From IMG/VR virus record IMGVR_UViG_3300021957_000014, positions 22,213 to 86,212 of that record: a stretch of DNA of 64,000 bases, one strand, 5' to 3'. The DNA comes from a virus. Its lineage: Duplodnaviria; Caudoviricetes. The position numbers were made by a program, and so were the translations under genes. Under the pieces are notes generated by a model. That model saw only the letters and a list, made by a program, of their open reading frames with translations, was not told the DNA's origin and did not search any database. This document shows positions 45,718-54,727 of this stretch, one piece after another; the stretch's first letter is position 1, and every line of letters starts with the position of its first letter.

Positions 45718-45977
45718 TAATCTATCTCCTCTATTTTTACTTCAAGTCCTAGAACTGAACGTATCTCTACAATGTTCTTTGTTTCGTAGTCTTTGAATTT
45801 TAAATGTTTCGGTTTATTTACCATGATACTTCTTGATACATATTCCGACTTGTACATATTACCACCTTCCGATTGTCGGTAGATTGTAATCTTGTATTCT
45901 GCTTTGAATAGGGATTTCAGCCATTCCCAAATGACCCATACCCCTCTACGCATGAATACTCCTATCTTTTTAAGCAT
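45717..45977 (-). CDS. Hypothetical protein
   Basis: Coupled ORF with an amphipathic N-terminus. Confidence 0.55.
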   Translation of the reverse strand: MLKKIGVFMRRGVWVIWEWLKSLFKAEYKITIYRQSEGGNMYKSEYVSRSIMVNKPKHLKFKDYETKNIVEIRSVLGLEVKIEEID

Positions 45978-46596
45978 AGTCTATCCATCCTGTTATTATT
46001 TTCTTCTCTCCCTTCAATGGTGGGTTACCTCTATGCATATGCGTAAAACCAGCAGGCCACAATACAATGTCACCTCTCTTTGGTTTGATACGTAATGATT
46101 GGTATAGGAATTCTAACTCACCCCCCTCTTCCACGTCATTTAGGAAGATTGCCCAGGCCAGTAGGGATTTACTGCTTGATGGACAATTACAATGTTCACA
46201 ATGCCAGACATGATATCCTTGTTGTGGTAATGTCTTTTGGATTTTTGCACCACTGACCATAAGACCCCTGTAGTTGTCTCGGACTGGGTACTTGTCAAAC
46301 CAGTTATCAATTACACCATTTTGGTCTTCGAAGATTTCTAGTAATTGATTCATCTGACCACCGAAATATGATTCGGGTACTGAAGTGATGCTGATTGCAT
46401 CGTCTGATTTGGATGTAATGATTTGTGTATCGTAGGACTTTCTTGGTAGTGTTAAGCCACGGTCTTCACACTTCTGATATATCTCTAAGACATAGTCAAT
46501 AAACGCATCCGTGGTGAATCCTTCATATAACAGAACATGTTCACCCAAGTCTGTTATCTCTCTTTCTTGTCGTTGTTGTTGTATTTCTCGTCTCAT
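45970..46596 (-). CDS. 2OG-Fe(II) oxygenase (cyanophage P4H-like, HxE)
   Basis: KIQKT.P..GYHVWHCE, LNDVEEGGE.EFLYQ, WPA.FTH.HRGNPPL..EK.I.TGW. Confidence 0.92.
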   Translation of the reverse strand: MRREIQQQRQEREITDLGEHVLLYEGFTTDAFIDYVLEIYQKCEDRGLTLPRKSYDTQIITSKSDDAISITSVPESYFGGQMNQLLEIFEDQNGVIDNWFDKYPVRDNYRGLMVSGAKIQKTLPQQGYHVWHCEHCNCPSSSKSLLAWAIFLNDVEEGGELEFLYQSLRIKPKRGDIVLWPAGFTHMHRGNPPLKGEKKIITGWIDYA

Positions 46597-46660
46597 AATT
46601 TTTATATACCAAAAAGTATGGAATTAATCCATACTCTTATTTAGTGTCACTGTAAAACGG

Positions 46661-46737
46661 TGGCACCCCCGAGAGGACTTGAACCTCTAACCTACAGCTT
46701 AGAAGGCTGTTGCTCTATCCAGTTGAGCTACAAGGGC
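46661..46737 (-). tRNA. tRNA-Arg(TCT)
   Basis: GCCCTTGTAGCTCAACTGGATAGAGCAACAGCCTTCTAAGCTGTAGGTTAGAGGTTCAAGTCCTCTCGGGGGTGCCA. Confidence 0.94.
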
Positions 46738-46738
46738 A

Positions 46739-47242
46739 TTATTCACCGTTTCTTAACTCTTTTAACTGTGTAATAGTATCAGCAGCACTAGTGTGTAAGA
46801 TACCAATTCCACCATGTTCTATCCATGCATCAAGGTTCTTTTGTCTGTCATCAATAAGGACACTCCCTTTGATTGCAAACATACCTTTCTGACTACCAGT
46901 CATAGTACAAGTGACTACAACACTTGGACTGACATATTCTCTAATCCACTCGTTCTTATCGAACACTACCAATTCTCTGTTAATCACACCAGCTGCAGTT
47001 AGGATTTCCCAAGGAAGTCCAGTGTGTCTGACATATGCAATCAAGTCGTACATATCAGGCATAGGTGGTAAGTTTCTGAACAATCTCTTGTTCGTTAACT
47101 CTTCCTTCCTTTCGTCATAATCGTTATGACCTTGGTCGGTGTTAGGGAACTCTCTCCCTGTCAACGTTTCAACTCCAGTGTTGAAATCAGCTAGTACTCC
47201 ATCCATATCGATGAAGATTCTCTTTACTCTTTTATTTTCCAT
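46739..47242 (-). CDS. 5'(3')-deoxyribonucleotidase-like HAD protein
   Basis: IFIDMDGVLADF, F..LP.M, ILTA, K..W, LIDD...N...W...GG.GI.H. Start re-called 6 nt after the -10. Confidence 0.85.
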   Translation of the reverse strand: MENKRVKRIFIDMDGVLADFNTGVETLTGREFPNTDQGHNDYDERKEELTNKRLFRNLPPMPDMYDLIAYVRHTGLPWEILTAAGVINRELVVFDKNEWIREYVSPSVVVTCTMTGSQKGMFAIKGSVLIDDRQKNLDAWIEHGGIGILHTSAADTITQLKELRNGE

Positions 47243-47248
47243 ACGTAT

Positions 47249-47278
47249 AGTATAACCTAAAAGAGGGGCCATTGTCAA
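47249..47278 (-). promoter_or_regulatory. Early promoter, 18-bp-spacer class
   Basis: TTGACA-N18-TATACT-N6-ATG. Confidence 0.8.
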
Positions 47279-47290
47279 GGCATTTAAGGC

Positions 47291-47734
47291 CTATTCCCAA
47301 AATATTTTGTATAGTTTTTCTTCCTTTGCATATGCCTCACGTTCCCATGGTTGACGGCTATAAGGGGTTGTGGAATAGTCCTTTTTCTTCCAATTCTGTT
47401 TAATTGGACTCAATTGTCCTGTAATGAACTGTTTTGCATGGACTAATTCGTGTGCAAGGTTCAACATCTGCTCTTCTAAAGAGAACTTTAGATGCCCTGA
47501 GCATCGTGCTAGGTCGATTTGAACACCATTTCGGTCTCCATAACAGTGTGCATAAGCTGATTCTTCTAGGGTGGTTAGAACGTTTAGTTCTATTCTTACG
47601 TCTTTACGTAATCTGGGCGATAAATAGGCAATACATGACTTAATATAGGTTCTGATACGCCGTTTTTGTGCAATTTGACCATTAATTTGTATGTCAATCA
47701 AAGGGTATATTTCCTTTCTCTGTAATCGTGCCAT
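47291..47734 (-). CDS. Zincin-like metallopeptidase (true start likely TTG near 47701)
   Basis: LAHELVHAKQ (HExxH) and Y...PWE.EAY. Confidence 0.75.
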   Translation of the reverse strand: MARLQRKEIYPLIDIQINGQIAQKRRIRTYIKSCIAYLSPRLRKDVRIELNVLTTLEESAYAHCYGDRNGVQIDLARCSGHLKFSLEEQMLNLAHELVHAKQFITGQLSPIKQNWKKKDYSTTPYSRQPWEREAYAKEEKLYKIFWE

Positions 47735-47735
47735 A

Positions 47736-47765
47736 ATTATATCAAAATTGCTAGGTCATTGTCAA
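47736..47765 (-). promoter_or_regulatory. Early promoter, 18-bp-spacer class
   Basis: TTGACA-N18-TATAAT with TTTTGA before the -10. Confidence 0.8.
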
Positions 47766-47769
47766 GGCC

Positions 47770-47919
47770 TTATTCGTCTTCTTCTAGCTCCTCTTGCATG
47801 TCTTCATCAACGTCTCCACCACAGAATGGACAATGGTCTACTCCGTATGGGTGTGCATCCATCTCATGAATGACTAAGCATTCAGATTTACAATCCGAAC
47901 AATGTACTCTAATCCTCAA
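47770..47919 (-). CDS. 49-aa zinc-ribbon protein with acidic tail
   Basis: Below the track cut-off. TTG start behind AGGAG. CSDC...CPFCG then DEDMQEELEEDE. Confidence 0.7.
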   Translation of the reverse strand: MRIRVHCSDCKSECLVIHEMDAHPYGVDHCPFCGGDVDEDMQEELEEDE

Positions 47920-48154
47920 TTTTATCTCCTACTATTTCATTAAAAAAGTTGTCATTTGACTTGGGTTTCCCATCAATAACACCATAAGGCAGTGTTCTAC
48001 CTTTGGGTATGTCATTATTGAAGAAATCCTCTCCACATGTATATACTCTGACTTCGACTAAGTCCTTATCGACTGTACGTGCAATATGCTCTAATCTCAT
48101 ATCATCAGCCGTTTGTTGGTGTGGTCTTTGTAAGTATACGTGAACAGACTTCAT
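47909..48154 (-). CDS. Hypothetical protein (possible degenerate glutaredoxin-like)
   Basis: GEDF....P..RTLP...IDG echoes the adjacent glutaredoxin but lacks CxxC. Confidence 0.5.
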   Translation of the reverse strand: MKSVHVYLQRPHQQTADDMRLEHIARTVDKDLVEVRVYTCGEDFFNNDIPKGRTLPYGVIDGKPKSNDNFFNEIVGDKIED

Positions 48155-48408
48155 TAGTCTTCCCAAACGTCTCCGTGTTTTACATACTCTACTAGTTTGT
48201 CATACCCACCTATGTAAGTGAAAGAATGTTCTGAATCTCTGACTCTAATTTGTGGAAAGGTTCTTGCAGTTGGAAACTGGTCAAAAAGATAATCTCTATC
48301 GAAATCATCACCTAGTTGTGAGTATGTGTATTCTAGTCCTTCCTTCTCACATAAAGCTTTTGCTTTGTCACAGAATGGACATTGTGTTTTTCCAAATATT
48401 TCTATCAT
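48154..48408 (-). CDS. nrdC: Glutaredoxin
   Basis: CPFC, ARTFPQI, IGGYD. Confidence 0.93.
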   Translation of the reverse strand: MIEIFGKTQCPFCDKAKALCEKEGLEYTYSQLGDDFDRDYLFDQFPTARTFPQIRVRDSEHSFTYIGGYDKLVEYVKHGDVWED

Positions 48409-48409
48409 A

Positions 48410-49021
48410 TTAAAATCCCGTTATTCTTGTTAAATGTTTAAACTCCACACACTTATCACATTCTCCACATTGATTTGGATATCCCAAAGAACATGAATTG
48501 ACTAGTGTTCTGATTTCTGACGGTATTGAGTTCCACTGATTTAACTTAGTCTGACCACCTAATGGTGGGTAGAGTCTGTAGTTGTGATTCTTATTCATCA
48601 ATCTCGCATAGAACTCAAACACCATTTGGAATTCCCATGCACGTGGTACCCACGGCCAATCAGAATGGTGTTTATGGTCATCAGCATAATTTATCATTCC
48701 ACTGTTGACACCCCAATAGTATTCCTCTATATGTGGGAACTGAGTCAACGCACTTAAGCATGCGACTGACCAGTGTCGTGCAGAATGAAAGTATTCTTCT
48801 GACCTTTCTTCATGGTCATATTTAGGATGCTTATGAGTAATCAAATCTACATCTAATATGTCACAGATTTCTGCAATATTACTATGTAGTTGATTTGCTG
48901 TCGTGATAGGGTTGTCCCATAGTGAATGCAGGGCAATAGGTTTCTTACCTTTCTCTACACACCAGTTCAATAATGCAGTGGATTCAACTCCACCACTAAA
49001 CATAACAACACAATCGTGCAT
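48410..49021 (-). CDS. QueC-like PP-loop ATPase
   Basis: VVMFSGGVEST PP-loop, P.....K and a C-terminal SC......CGECDKC Zn site. Confidence 0.72.
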   Translation of the reverse strand: MHDCVVMFSGGVESTALLNWCVEKGKKPIALHSLWDNPITTANQLHSNIAEICDILDVDLITHKHPKYDHEERSEEYFHSARHWSVACLSALTQFPHIEEYYWGVNSGMINYADDHKHHSDWPWVPRAWEFQMVFEFYARLMNKNHNYRLYPPLGGQTKLNQWNSIPSEIRTLVNSCSLGYPNQCGECDKCVEFKHLTRITGF

Positions 49022-49329
49022 TAATCTTCCTTAATAAAAATCCCATCGACCATACGTCCCTTACGGTCTTTGATGTCATGATACGCAACGTTTAGACAAT
49101 GTTGTAACGTTAAACCATTTCTGGCTGCAATGTTAATTAATACGACAATGATGTCACCAATATCATCGGCTACATCTCTCTCTTTACAGACGTTGTCCGA
49201 TAGTTCACCCACCTCTTGGATAAGTTTACATACTTGGTCTTTGTCTGTTGCACCTAAAATAAGGTTTCTGTCGTAGTGCCATGTTTCTATTCTATTAATT
49301 ACTGCTTCTAAGTTAAAGTCGGTATTCAT
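49021..49329 (-). CDS. mazG: MazG-like nucleotide pyrophosphohydrolase
   Basis: W..DRNL, Q..KL..E.GEL, D.IGD..VVL, CL..AY..IKDRKG. Confidence 0.88.
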   Translation of the reverse strand: MNTDFNLEAVINRIETWHYDRNLILGATDKDQVCKLIQEVGELSDNVCKERDVADDIGDIIVVLINIAARNGLTLQHCLNVAYHDIKDRKGRMVDGIFIKED

Positions 49330-50426
49330 TATAATTCGAAATCCTCAAATGTAGAATCATCTACGTCCTGTTTGATACCACCTATGAGATAGGATTCAAT
49401 CTCCGTCTCTTGTGGTGCGTTTTGCAATCCTCTACTGTTGAACCAGTGATTAGTCCATGGTAGTGGGTTGTTCGTTGATGAGATATCGAACAGTGGGTTG
49501 AGTCCCAATGCACGTAATCTCTTGTTTGCTGTGTACTCTACGTACTGACCAAGCAGTGCAGTAGATAGACCAATCATAGAACCATCCTTAAATAAGAAGT
49601 CTGCCCATTCTTTCTCTTGGTCTACTGCATCACGGTACATTGCATATACCTCATCCTCAGTCTCTTTCATAATCTTCAACATATCTTTGTCGTTCTCTTG
49701 GTTCTTATATGCTTTCAGAATGTGTTGTGTGATTGCTAGATGTTGTGCTTCATCCCTTGCAATAAGAGAGATAATCTTTGCACTTCCTTCCATCTGTTTT
49801 AACTCTCCGAATGCAAATGAACATGCAAAGGATACGAAGAATCTAATTCCTTCTAAGATGTTAACTGATACCAGTGCAAGGTATAATGCTTTCTTAAGCT
49901 CATAATCATCTACTTTAAGACCTAGTAATTTACGTCTTCCTAGTTCAATAAACGTGTCGTATTTTTCTGTTACCTGTTCTGCTCTAGCCACAATTGCTGG
50001 TTCATCTAGAATTGTGTCAAATATCTGACTAGGGTCACTATAAACATTCTTTATAATATGAGTGTAACTTCGTGAATGAATAGTCTCCATGAAGTCCCAT
50101 GTAATAATACAAGACTCAAGTTCAGGCAAGCTCACAAACGGTAAAAATGCTATGGATGGAGCTCTTCCTTGAACTGAGTCGAGTAAAGTTTGATACCTCA
50201 AGTTAGAGGTAAAGATGTGTTTTTGTGCATCAGATAGATTCTGATAATCACTTCTATCTTTCTGTAAGGATACCTCTTCGGGTCTCCAAAAGAATGATAG
50301 TTGTGTTTGTGTTAGTTTGTCAAATATAGGATACTTGAATGTGTCAAATCTTTGGGTGTTTAACTCTTCCCCGAAGAACATAGCTTCTTTCGTGAAGTCT
50401 ACGTTCTTTTTATTAAATACTGTCAT
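49329..50426 (-). CDS. nrdB: Ribonucleotide reductase class Ia beta subunit
   Basis: FFWRPEE, QTLLDSVQGR, ETIHSRSY, LEGIRF.VSFAC, RDE..H, APQETE. Confidence 0.98.
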   Translation of the reverse strand: MTVFNKKNVDFTKEAMFFGEELNTQRFDTFKYPIFDKLTQTQLSFFWRPEEVSLQKDRSDYQNLSDAQKHIFTSNLRYQTLLDSVQGRAPSIAFLPFVSLPELESCIITWDFMETIHSRSYTHIIKNVYSDPSQIFDTILDEPAIVARAEQVTEKYDTFIELGRRKLLGLKVDDYELKKALYLALVSVNILEGIRFFVSFACSFAFGELKQMEGSAKIISLIARDEAQHLAITQHILKAYKNQENDKDMLKIMKETEDEVYAMYRDAVDQEKEWADFLFKDGSMIGLSTALLGQYVEYTANKRLRALGLNPLFDISSTNNPLPWTNHWFNSRGLQNAPQETEIESYLIGGIKQDVDDSTFEDFEL

Positions 50427-51369
50427 CTTTCTTTCTTCCGCGTGTGTCTAGTTCAAACCTATCATAATTATTTACGTAAGGTGCTTTTTTCTCTAGGTGG
50501 TTGAAGTATACATCATTAAATTTAGTAAATGCTTTCTTTGATTCTTCTATCACCTCGTTATCATTCTCGTCTGCATATCTGTGTGGTCTTCCATCATATG
50601 ATAGTGCCTTATGGTCTAAGCCAATATCTGTATGAAATGCATCTATCTCATTCATCAGACCATCTTCATTGAAGAAATGTAGGAACATATGATAGGAGTA
50701 ATCCCCAACCAAGTAGTCTCTCCAGTGAATAACATTAGGGCCTTGATATAGTAAAACATCTCCTACCTCTAATACTATTGGGATTCCTCGTCTTTGTCTG
50801 TGTGGTAGTGCTTGAGATATTTCAAACACTTCATCCATACTTGGAGAATCAACATAGTTACCATCGTTTTGTACCCATATAGTCCATGGTGCATTATCAT
50901 CTGTTTGATAGTCCAAACAAATAGTTGCACTTATCTCACATGAAGGTCTATCTGTATGAGCCTTTAGATATGCACCTCTATCATACTTTCTAGTGTATGA
51001 ATAAGTTTCTCTTAGAGACATGTCGATTCTACTATCTAATTTATCTCTTAGCCATCTATGTAGGGAAACTGCCATTGGAGTACAATAGTTTGCACGTGAT
51101 TTTCCTAGTGAGTCTTTTGGTGAATTTTGAGTGATTTCATGCTCTGTTTTAAATATACACTCATCCCACTCTTTGTTATGTTCGATAGCTTTCCAACTAT
51201 CTAATGACATATTGATGATGTCTTTAGGTATAAAGTTTCTAAGAACTACAAACCTATCCTTCATAAGAGACCATGTCTCGGGATTGGTTCTACTAGTTAA
51301 TTTTTTACCGTCTTGTTCATCATCAGCAACACAATAGTTTACTGTCTTTTCTTCAAATGGCACAGGCAT
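50413..51369 (-). CDS. 2OG-Fe(II) oxygenase inserted between nrdA and nrdB
   Basis: TYSY.R.Y..G..L..HTDRPSCEIS.T, GD..LY.G....HWR, FLH. Start re-called at MPVPF. Confidence 0.85.
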   Translation of the reverse strand: MPVPFEEKTVNYCVADDEQDGKKLTSRTNPETWSLMKDRFVVLRNFIPKDIINMSLDSWKAIEHNKEWDECIFKTEHEITQNSPKDSLGKSRANYCTPMAVSLHRWLRDKLDSRIDMSLRETYSYTRKYDRGAYLKAHTDRPSCEISATICLDYQTDDNAPWTIWVQNDGNYVDSPSMDEVFEISQALPHRQRRGIPIVLEVGDVLLYQGPNVIHWRDYLVGDYSYHMFLHFFNEDGLMNEIDAFHTDIGLDHKALSYDGRPHRYADENDNEVIEESKKAFTKFNDVYFNHLEKKAPYVNNYDRFELDTRGRKKDDSI

Positions 51370-53641
51370 CGCAATCTTCCTCACTTTCTGTAAAGTCACT
51401 CTGTGCAAGAGGTTCCTCTACTACATCTTCTACTTTACCGTCCATAGTATTTTGGTAATAAGAAGTTTTCCATCCATACTTATATGTATTCAGTAAATCT
51501 CTAGCCATTACTGAAACTGGTACTTCACCCTTATCATAGTTCTCGGGATTGTAAGACCAATTACCACTAATTGCTTGGTCAAAGAACTTTTGCATCACTG
51601 CAAGTACTTTGATATACCCTTCGTTACTCTCCATGTCCCATAATAACGTGTAACTATTCTTTAATAAACTATATTGTGGAACTACCTGTTTTAAGGTACC
51701 TTTTTTACTTTTCTTAACTGAAAGGTAATCTCTAGGGGGTTCTACTCCATTTGTTGCATTAGAGACCACGCTAGAGGACTCTGAAGGCATCTGTGCAGTC
51801 AATGTGGAGTGTCTTAGACCATGTACTTTGATACATGTTCTTAGTTTATCCCAGTCACAGTTTAACACATTTGGTGTGATACTGTCAACATCCTTTTTGT
51901 AGGTGTCGATAGGTAGTATACCCTGTGAATACTTAGTTCTATCGAAGTAATCACACGCACCTTTCTCAGATGCAATTTGATTAGATGACTTCAGCAATTC
52001 GTACTGGAATCTCTCCGTTAGTTCATGTACTAATTTATGTGCTTCGGGGTCGTCATACTTGACCTTGTTCTTCGCAAGGAAATGTGCTAGACCAATGTAA
52101 CCAATACCTAGTGACCTTCTTGCAAGTGTTGACCTTTCTGCAGCGACAACTGGATATTGTTGATAATCTATTAGTTCTTCTAACCCTCTAACTGCAAGGT
52201 CACATAGACTACCAAGCTCATCATAGTTCTTGATAATGCCTACGTTAATTGCAGATAGAATACATAACGCAATCTCACCTTCCCCATCGATATGACTGAT
52301 AGGGTCGGTGGGTAGTGTTATCTCTTGACATAGGTTACTCATGTTAACCTTGTCGACAAAACTACTATGCGTATTGCAATGGTCGATATTCATAATGTAA
52401 ATACGGCCAGTCTCTGCTCGTTCTTTTAATAAACTTGTAAATAATTCTCTTGCACTAATTTTCTTCTTAGGAATACTAGTTGCACGTTCGTACTTTTCAT
52501 AGAGGTCGTTGAACTCGGGTGTACCAAATGCTTCATACAACCCTTTAACATCATGTGGAGAGAACAATGTAATCTCCTCATTCTTTAGAAATCTTTGATA
52601 GAAAAGTTCTGACAACTGTATAGAGTAGTCTAGCTTTCTTACTCTGTTGTCTTCGGTGCCTTTGTTGTTTTTAAGTACCAAGATGTCTTCGATTTCTGCA
52701 TGCCAGATTGGAAAGTGTACCGTTGCGCTTCCACCTCTGACTCCGTTTTGGGTGCAGCTTCTAACGGTTGCTTCAAACTTTTTAAGAAATGGTATGACTC
52801 CAGTATGCTGGACTTCTCCGCCTCTAATTTTACTACCAAGTCCCCTAATTCTTCCTGCGTTGATTCCAATACCAGCTCTCTGAGCAACGTACTTACCGAT
52901 TGCCATGTCACTGGAGAAGATTGAGTCGAGGGTGTCGTCTGAGTCAACGAGAACACAACTTGCAAATTGTCGAAGTGGTGTTCTAACCCCTGCCATAATG
53001 GGGGTTGGGATGTTAATTTTAAATTGTGATATTGCATCGTAATATCCTTTGACATATTGTAACCTACTTTCTCCATAGTTTCTGAATAATGTCATAGCAA
53101 TCATCATATACATGAACTGTGGTGTCTCATATAATGTACTGCTAGACCTGTCTTGTACCAAATACTTATCTACTATCTGTTGTAGACCAGCATAAGTAAA
53201 ATCTAAATCTCTGTTGTGTCTGATAAATTTAGCACACTGTTCTATCTCTTCATCTGTGTAGTGGTTAAGGATGTCCTTATCATATACACCGATTTGAATG
53301 TTTCTTTTGATGATGTCTAATAGTGGTGGATAGATTTCTGAGTCTTTCCATTTAGTATTGAACACCTGTTTCTGCACTCCAAACAATAGTAATCTGGCTG
53401 CAACGAACTGATAGTTCGGGTTCTCTAGTGATATCAAATCACTTGCACTCTTCACTAGAATTTGTTGAATGTCCTTTGTGGTGATTCCATCAAAGAACTG
53501 TAGACCACTGTTCATTTCTACAGATGACTCTGATACACCTGTAATTCCTTTACAAGCTTTCTCCATCATTCTATGGATTTTATCTAAGTTGATATTGGCT
53601 TTACTACCATCGGACTTAATTACTTTAAACTCTGCATTCAT
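51353..53641 (-). CDS. nrdA: Ribonucleotide reductase class Ia alpha subunit
   Basis: N-terminal ATP cone, PTP.MAGVRT, SCVL, SNLCQEI, MPSESSS and terminal CDACAI. Confidence 0.98.
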   Translation of the reverse strand: MNAEFKVIKSDGSKANINLDKIHRMMEKACKGITGVSESSVEMNSGLQFFDGITTKDIQQILVKSASDLISLENPNYQFVAARLLLFGVQKQVFNTKWKDSEIYPPLLDIIKRNIQIGVYDKDILNHYTDEEIEQCAKFIRHNRDLDFTYAGLQQIVDKYLVQDRSSSTLYETPQFMYMMIAMTLFRNYGESRLQYVKGYYDAISQFKINIPTPIMAGVRTPLRQFASCVLVDSDDTLDSIFSSDMAIGKYVAQRAGIGINAGRIRGLGSKIRGGEVQHTGVIPFLKKFEATVRSCTQNGVRGGSATVHFPIWHAEIEDILVLKNNKGTEDNRVRKLDYSIQLSELFYQRFLKNEEITLFSPHDVKGLYEAFGTPEFNDLYEKYERATSIPKKKISARELFTSLLKERAETGRIYIMNIDHCNTHSSFVDKVNMSNLCQEITLPTDPISHIDGEGEIALCILSAINVGIIKNYDELGSLCDLAVRGLEELIDYQQYPVVAAERSTLARRSLGIGYIGLAHFLAKNKVKYDDPEAHKLVHELTERFQYELLKSSNQIASEKGACDYFDRTKYSQGILPIDTYKKDVDSITPNVLNCDWDKLRTCIKVHGLRHSTLTAQMPSESSSVVSNATNGVEPPRDYLSVKKSKKGTLKQVVPQYSLLKNSYTLLWDMESNEGYIKVLAVMQKFFDQAISGNWSYNPENYDKGEVPVSVMARDLLNTYKYGWKTSYYQNTMDGKVEDVVEEPLAQSDFTESEEDCDACAI

Positions 53642-54675
53642 ATTTTCTTGTACTCCATTAGTTTTAGTTTTGCCGAAAGACCTTCAAATGTACAAGTATT
53701 AATGATATCTACTATTTCACTTTGTTCCAATCCACTTACTATCATATCGTTTATATCTTTACAGTCTGCAATACGTTTGTCGTCCCATATGCAAACTTTA
53801 TAACCTAACTCAATCACCTCTTCTAGCTTCTTGAGTATCTCTTCATTACGTGGTTCATTATCATAAATGATAATTGAATTATCTTTGATACCATCGTCTA
53901 TTTTCTTAAAGTCACTTCCCCCGACTGCGATACTGTTGGGAAGGAATAAACTATCTATAGGGCCTTCGGTGACATAGATAGTTTTTGTTTTGTCCACATT
54001 CTGTATGTTATAGATGAGTGGAACGTCATCTAGGAGTCTCATAGTAAGATATCGTAACGGTGAGTCATTGATTGCTCTACCCGATACTCCTACAAGTTCC
54101 CCATCCTCTCTAAAGAATGGTATTACTATCCGTGGGTCGTTTCCAAGGACTCTATCCTTATACTTATCTGACAGCAAACTTAGAGTTTGTGCAGAGTCGA
54201 CATACCACAGCTCAGCAATCTTGTCACTAGGAACCAGTCTCTTTTCGAGGTAGTCACGTGCAACATGTTTCTCTTTTGCTGGAAACATAATTGCTGACAA
54301 GTCAACTTTCTTCATATTTAGTAATTCTGTTTTTGGAGTGAACTTGAATGCATTCGAACTGGGCATCTTATGATTGGATGCATGTTTCTTAGGTTTCTTA
54401 CCACTCTCTTTTAACCATTCTTTAATGTACTCTTTATGTAGTACAGGGAAATGGTCTTTGATAAAGGTCACACTTGAAGTAGATTTACCACAATTATGAC
54501 ACTTAAATATAAAACTTTGTTCTACGACAAAGTGATATCCACGAGCCTTATGCTTATTTTTCTGTGAATCACCACAGTATAAACACCTGTGATTCAACGT
54601 TGTGTCTCCCTTCCATTTTGCAAGTTCTAACGAACCTACACACATGGAGAGGTATTTTCTCTCTAACCATAGCAT
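53638..54675 (-). CDS. gp61: DNA primase gp61
   Basis: RC..CGDS.K...KARG, CHNC, EGP.DS.F..N, DNE.RN, KD.ND. Start re-called at MLWLE. Confidence 0.95.
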   Translation of the reverse strand: MLWLERKYLSMCVGSLELAKWKGDTTLNHRCLYCGDSQKNKHKARGYHFVVEQSFIFKCHNCGKSTSSVTFIKDHFPVLHKEYIKEWLKESGKKPKKHASNHKMPSSNAFKFTPKTELLNMKKVDLSAIMFPAKEKHVARDYLEKRLVPSDKIAELWYVDSAQTLSLLSDKYKDRVLGNDPRIVIPFFREDGELVGVSGRAINDSPLRYLTMRLLDDVPLIYNIQNVDKTKTIYVTEGPIDSLFLPNSIAVGGSDFKKIDDGIKDNSIIIYDNEPRNEEILKKLEEVIELGYKVCIWDDKRIADCKDINDMIVSGLEQSEIVDIINTCTFEGLSAKLKLMEYKKI

Positions 54676-54681
54676 ACATTC

Positions 54682-54710
54682 ATTATACACGAATCCATGC
54701 TAAATTACAA
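54682..54710 (-). promoter_or_regulatory. Sigma70-type promoter 6 nt before the primase ATG
   Basis: TTGTAA-N17-TATAAT-GAATGT-ATG. Confidence 0.65.
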
Positions 54711-54727
54711 GGTGTTTTTTAGGATTA

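Noticed and set aside
52639-53076. 145-aa same-strand alternative-frame ORF inside nrdA
   Set aside because: No recognisable motif. It is plausibly a by-product of codon bias in a conserved gene.
49329-53641. Introns or inteins in nrdA and nrdB
   Set aside because: Both are uninterrupted and of normal length (762 and 365 aa).
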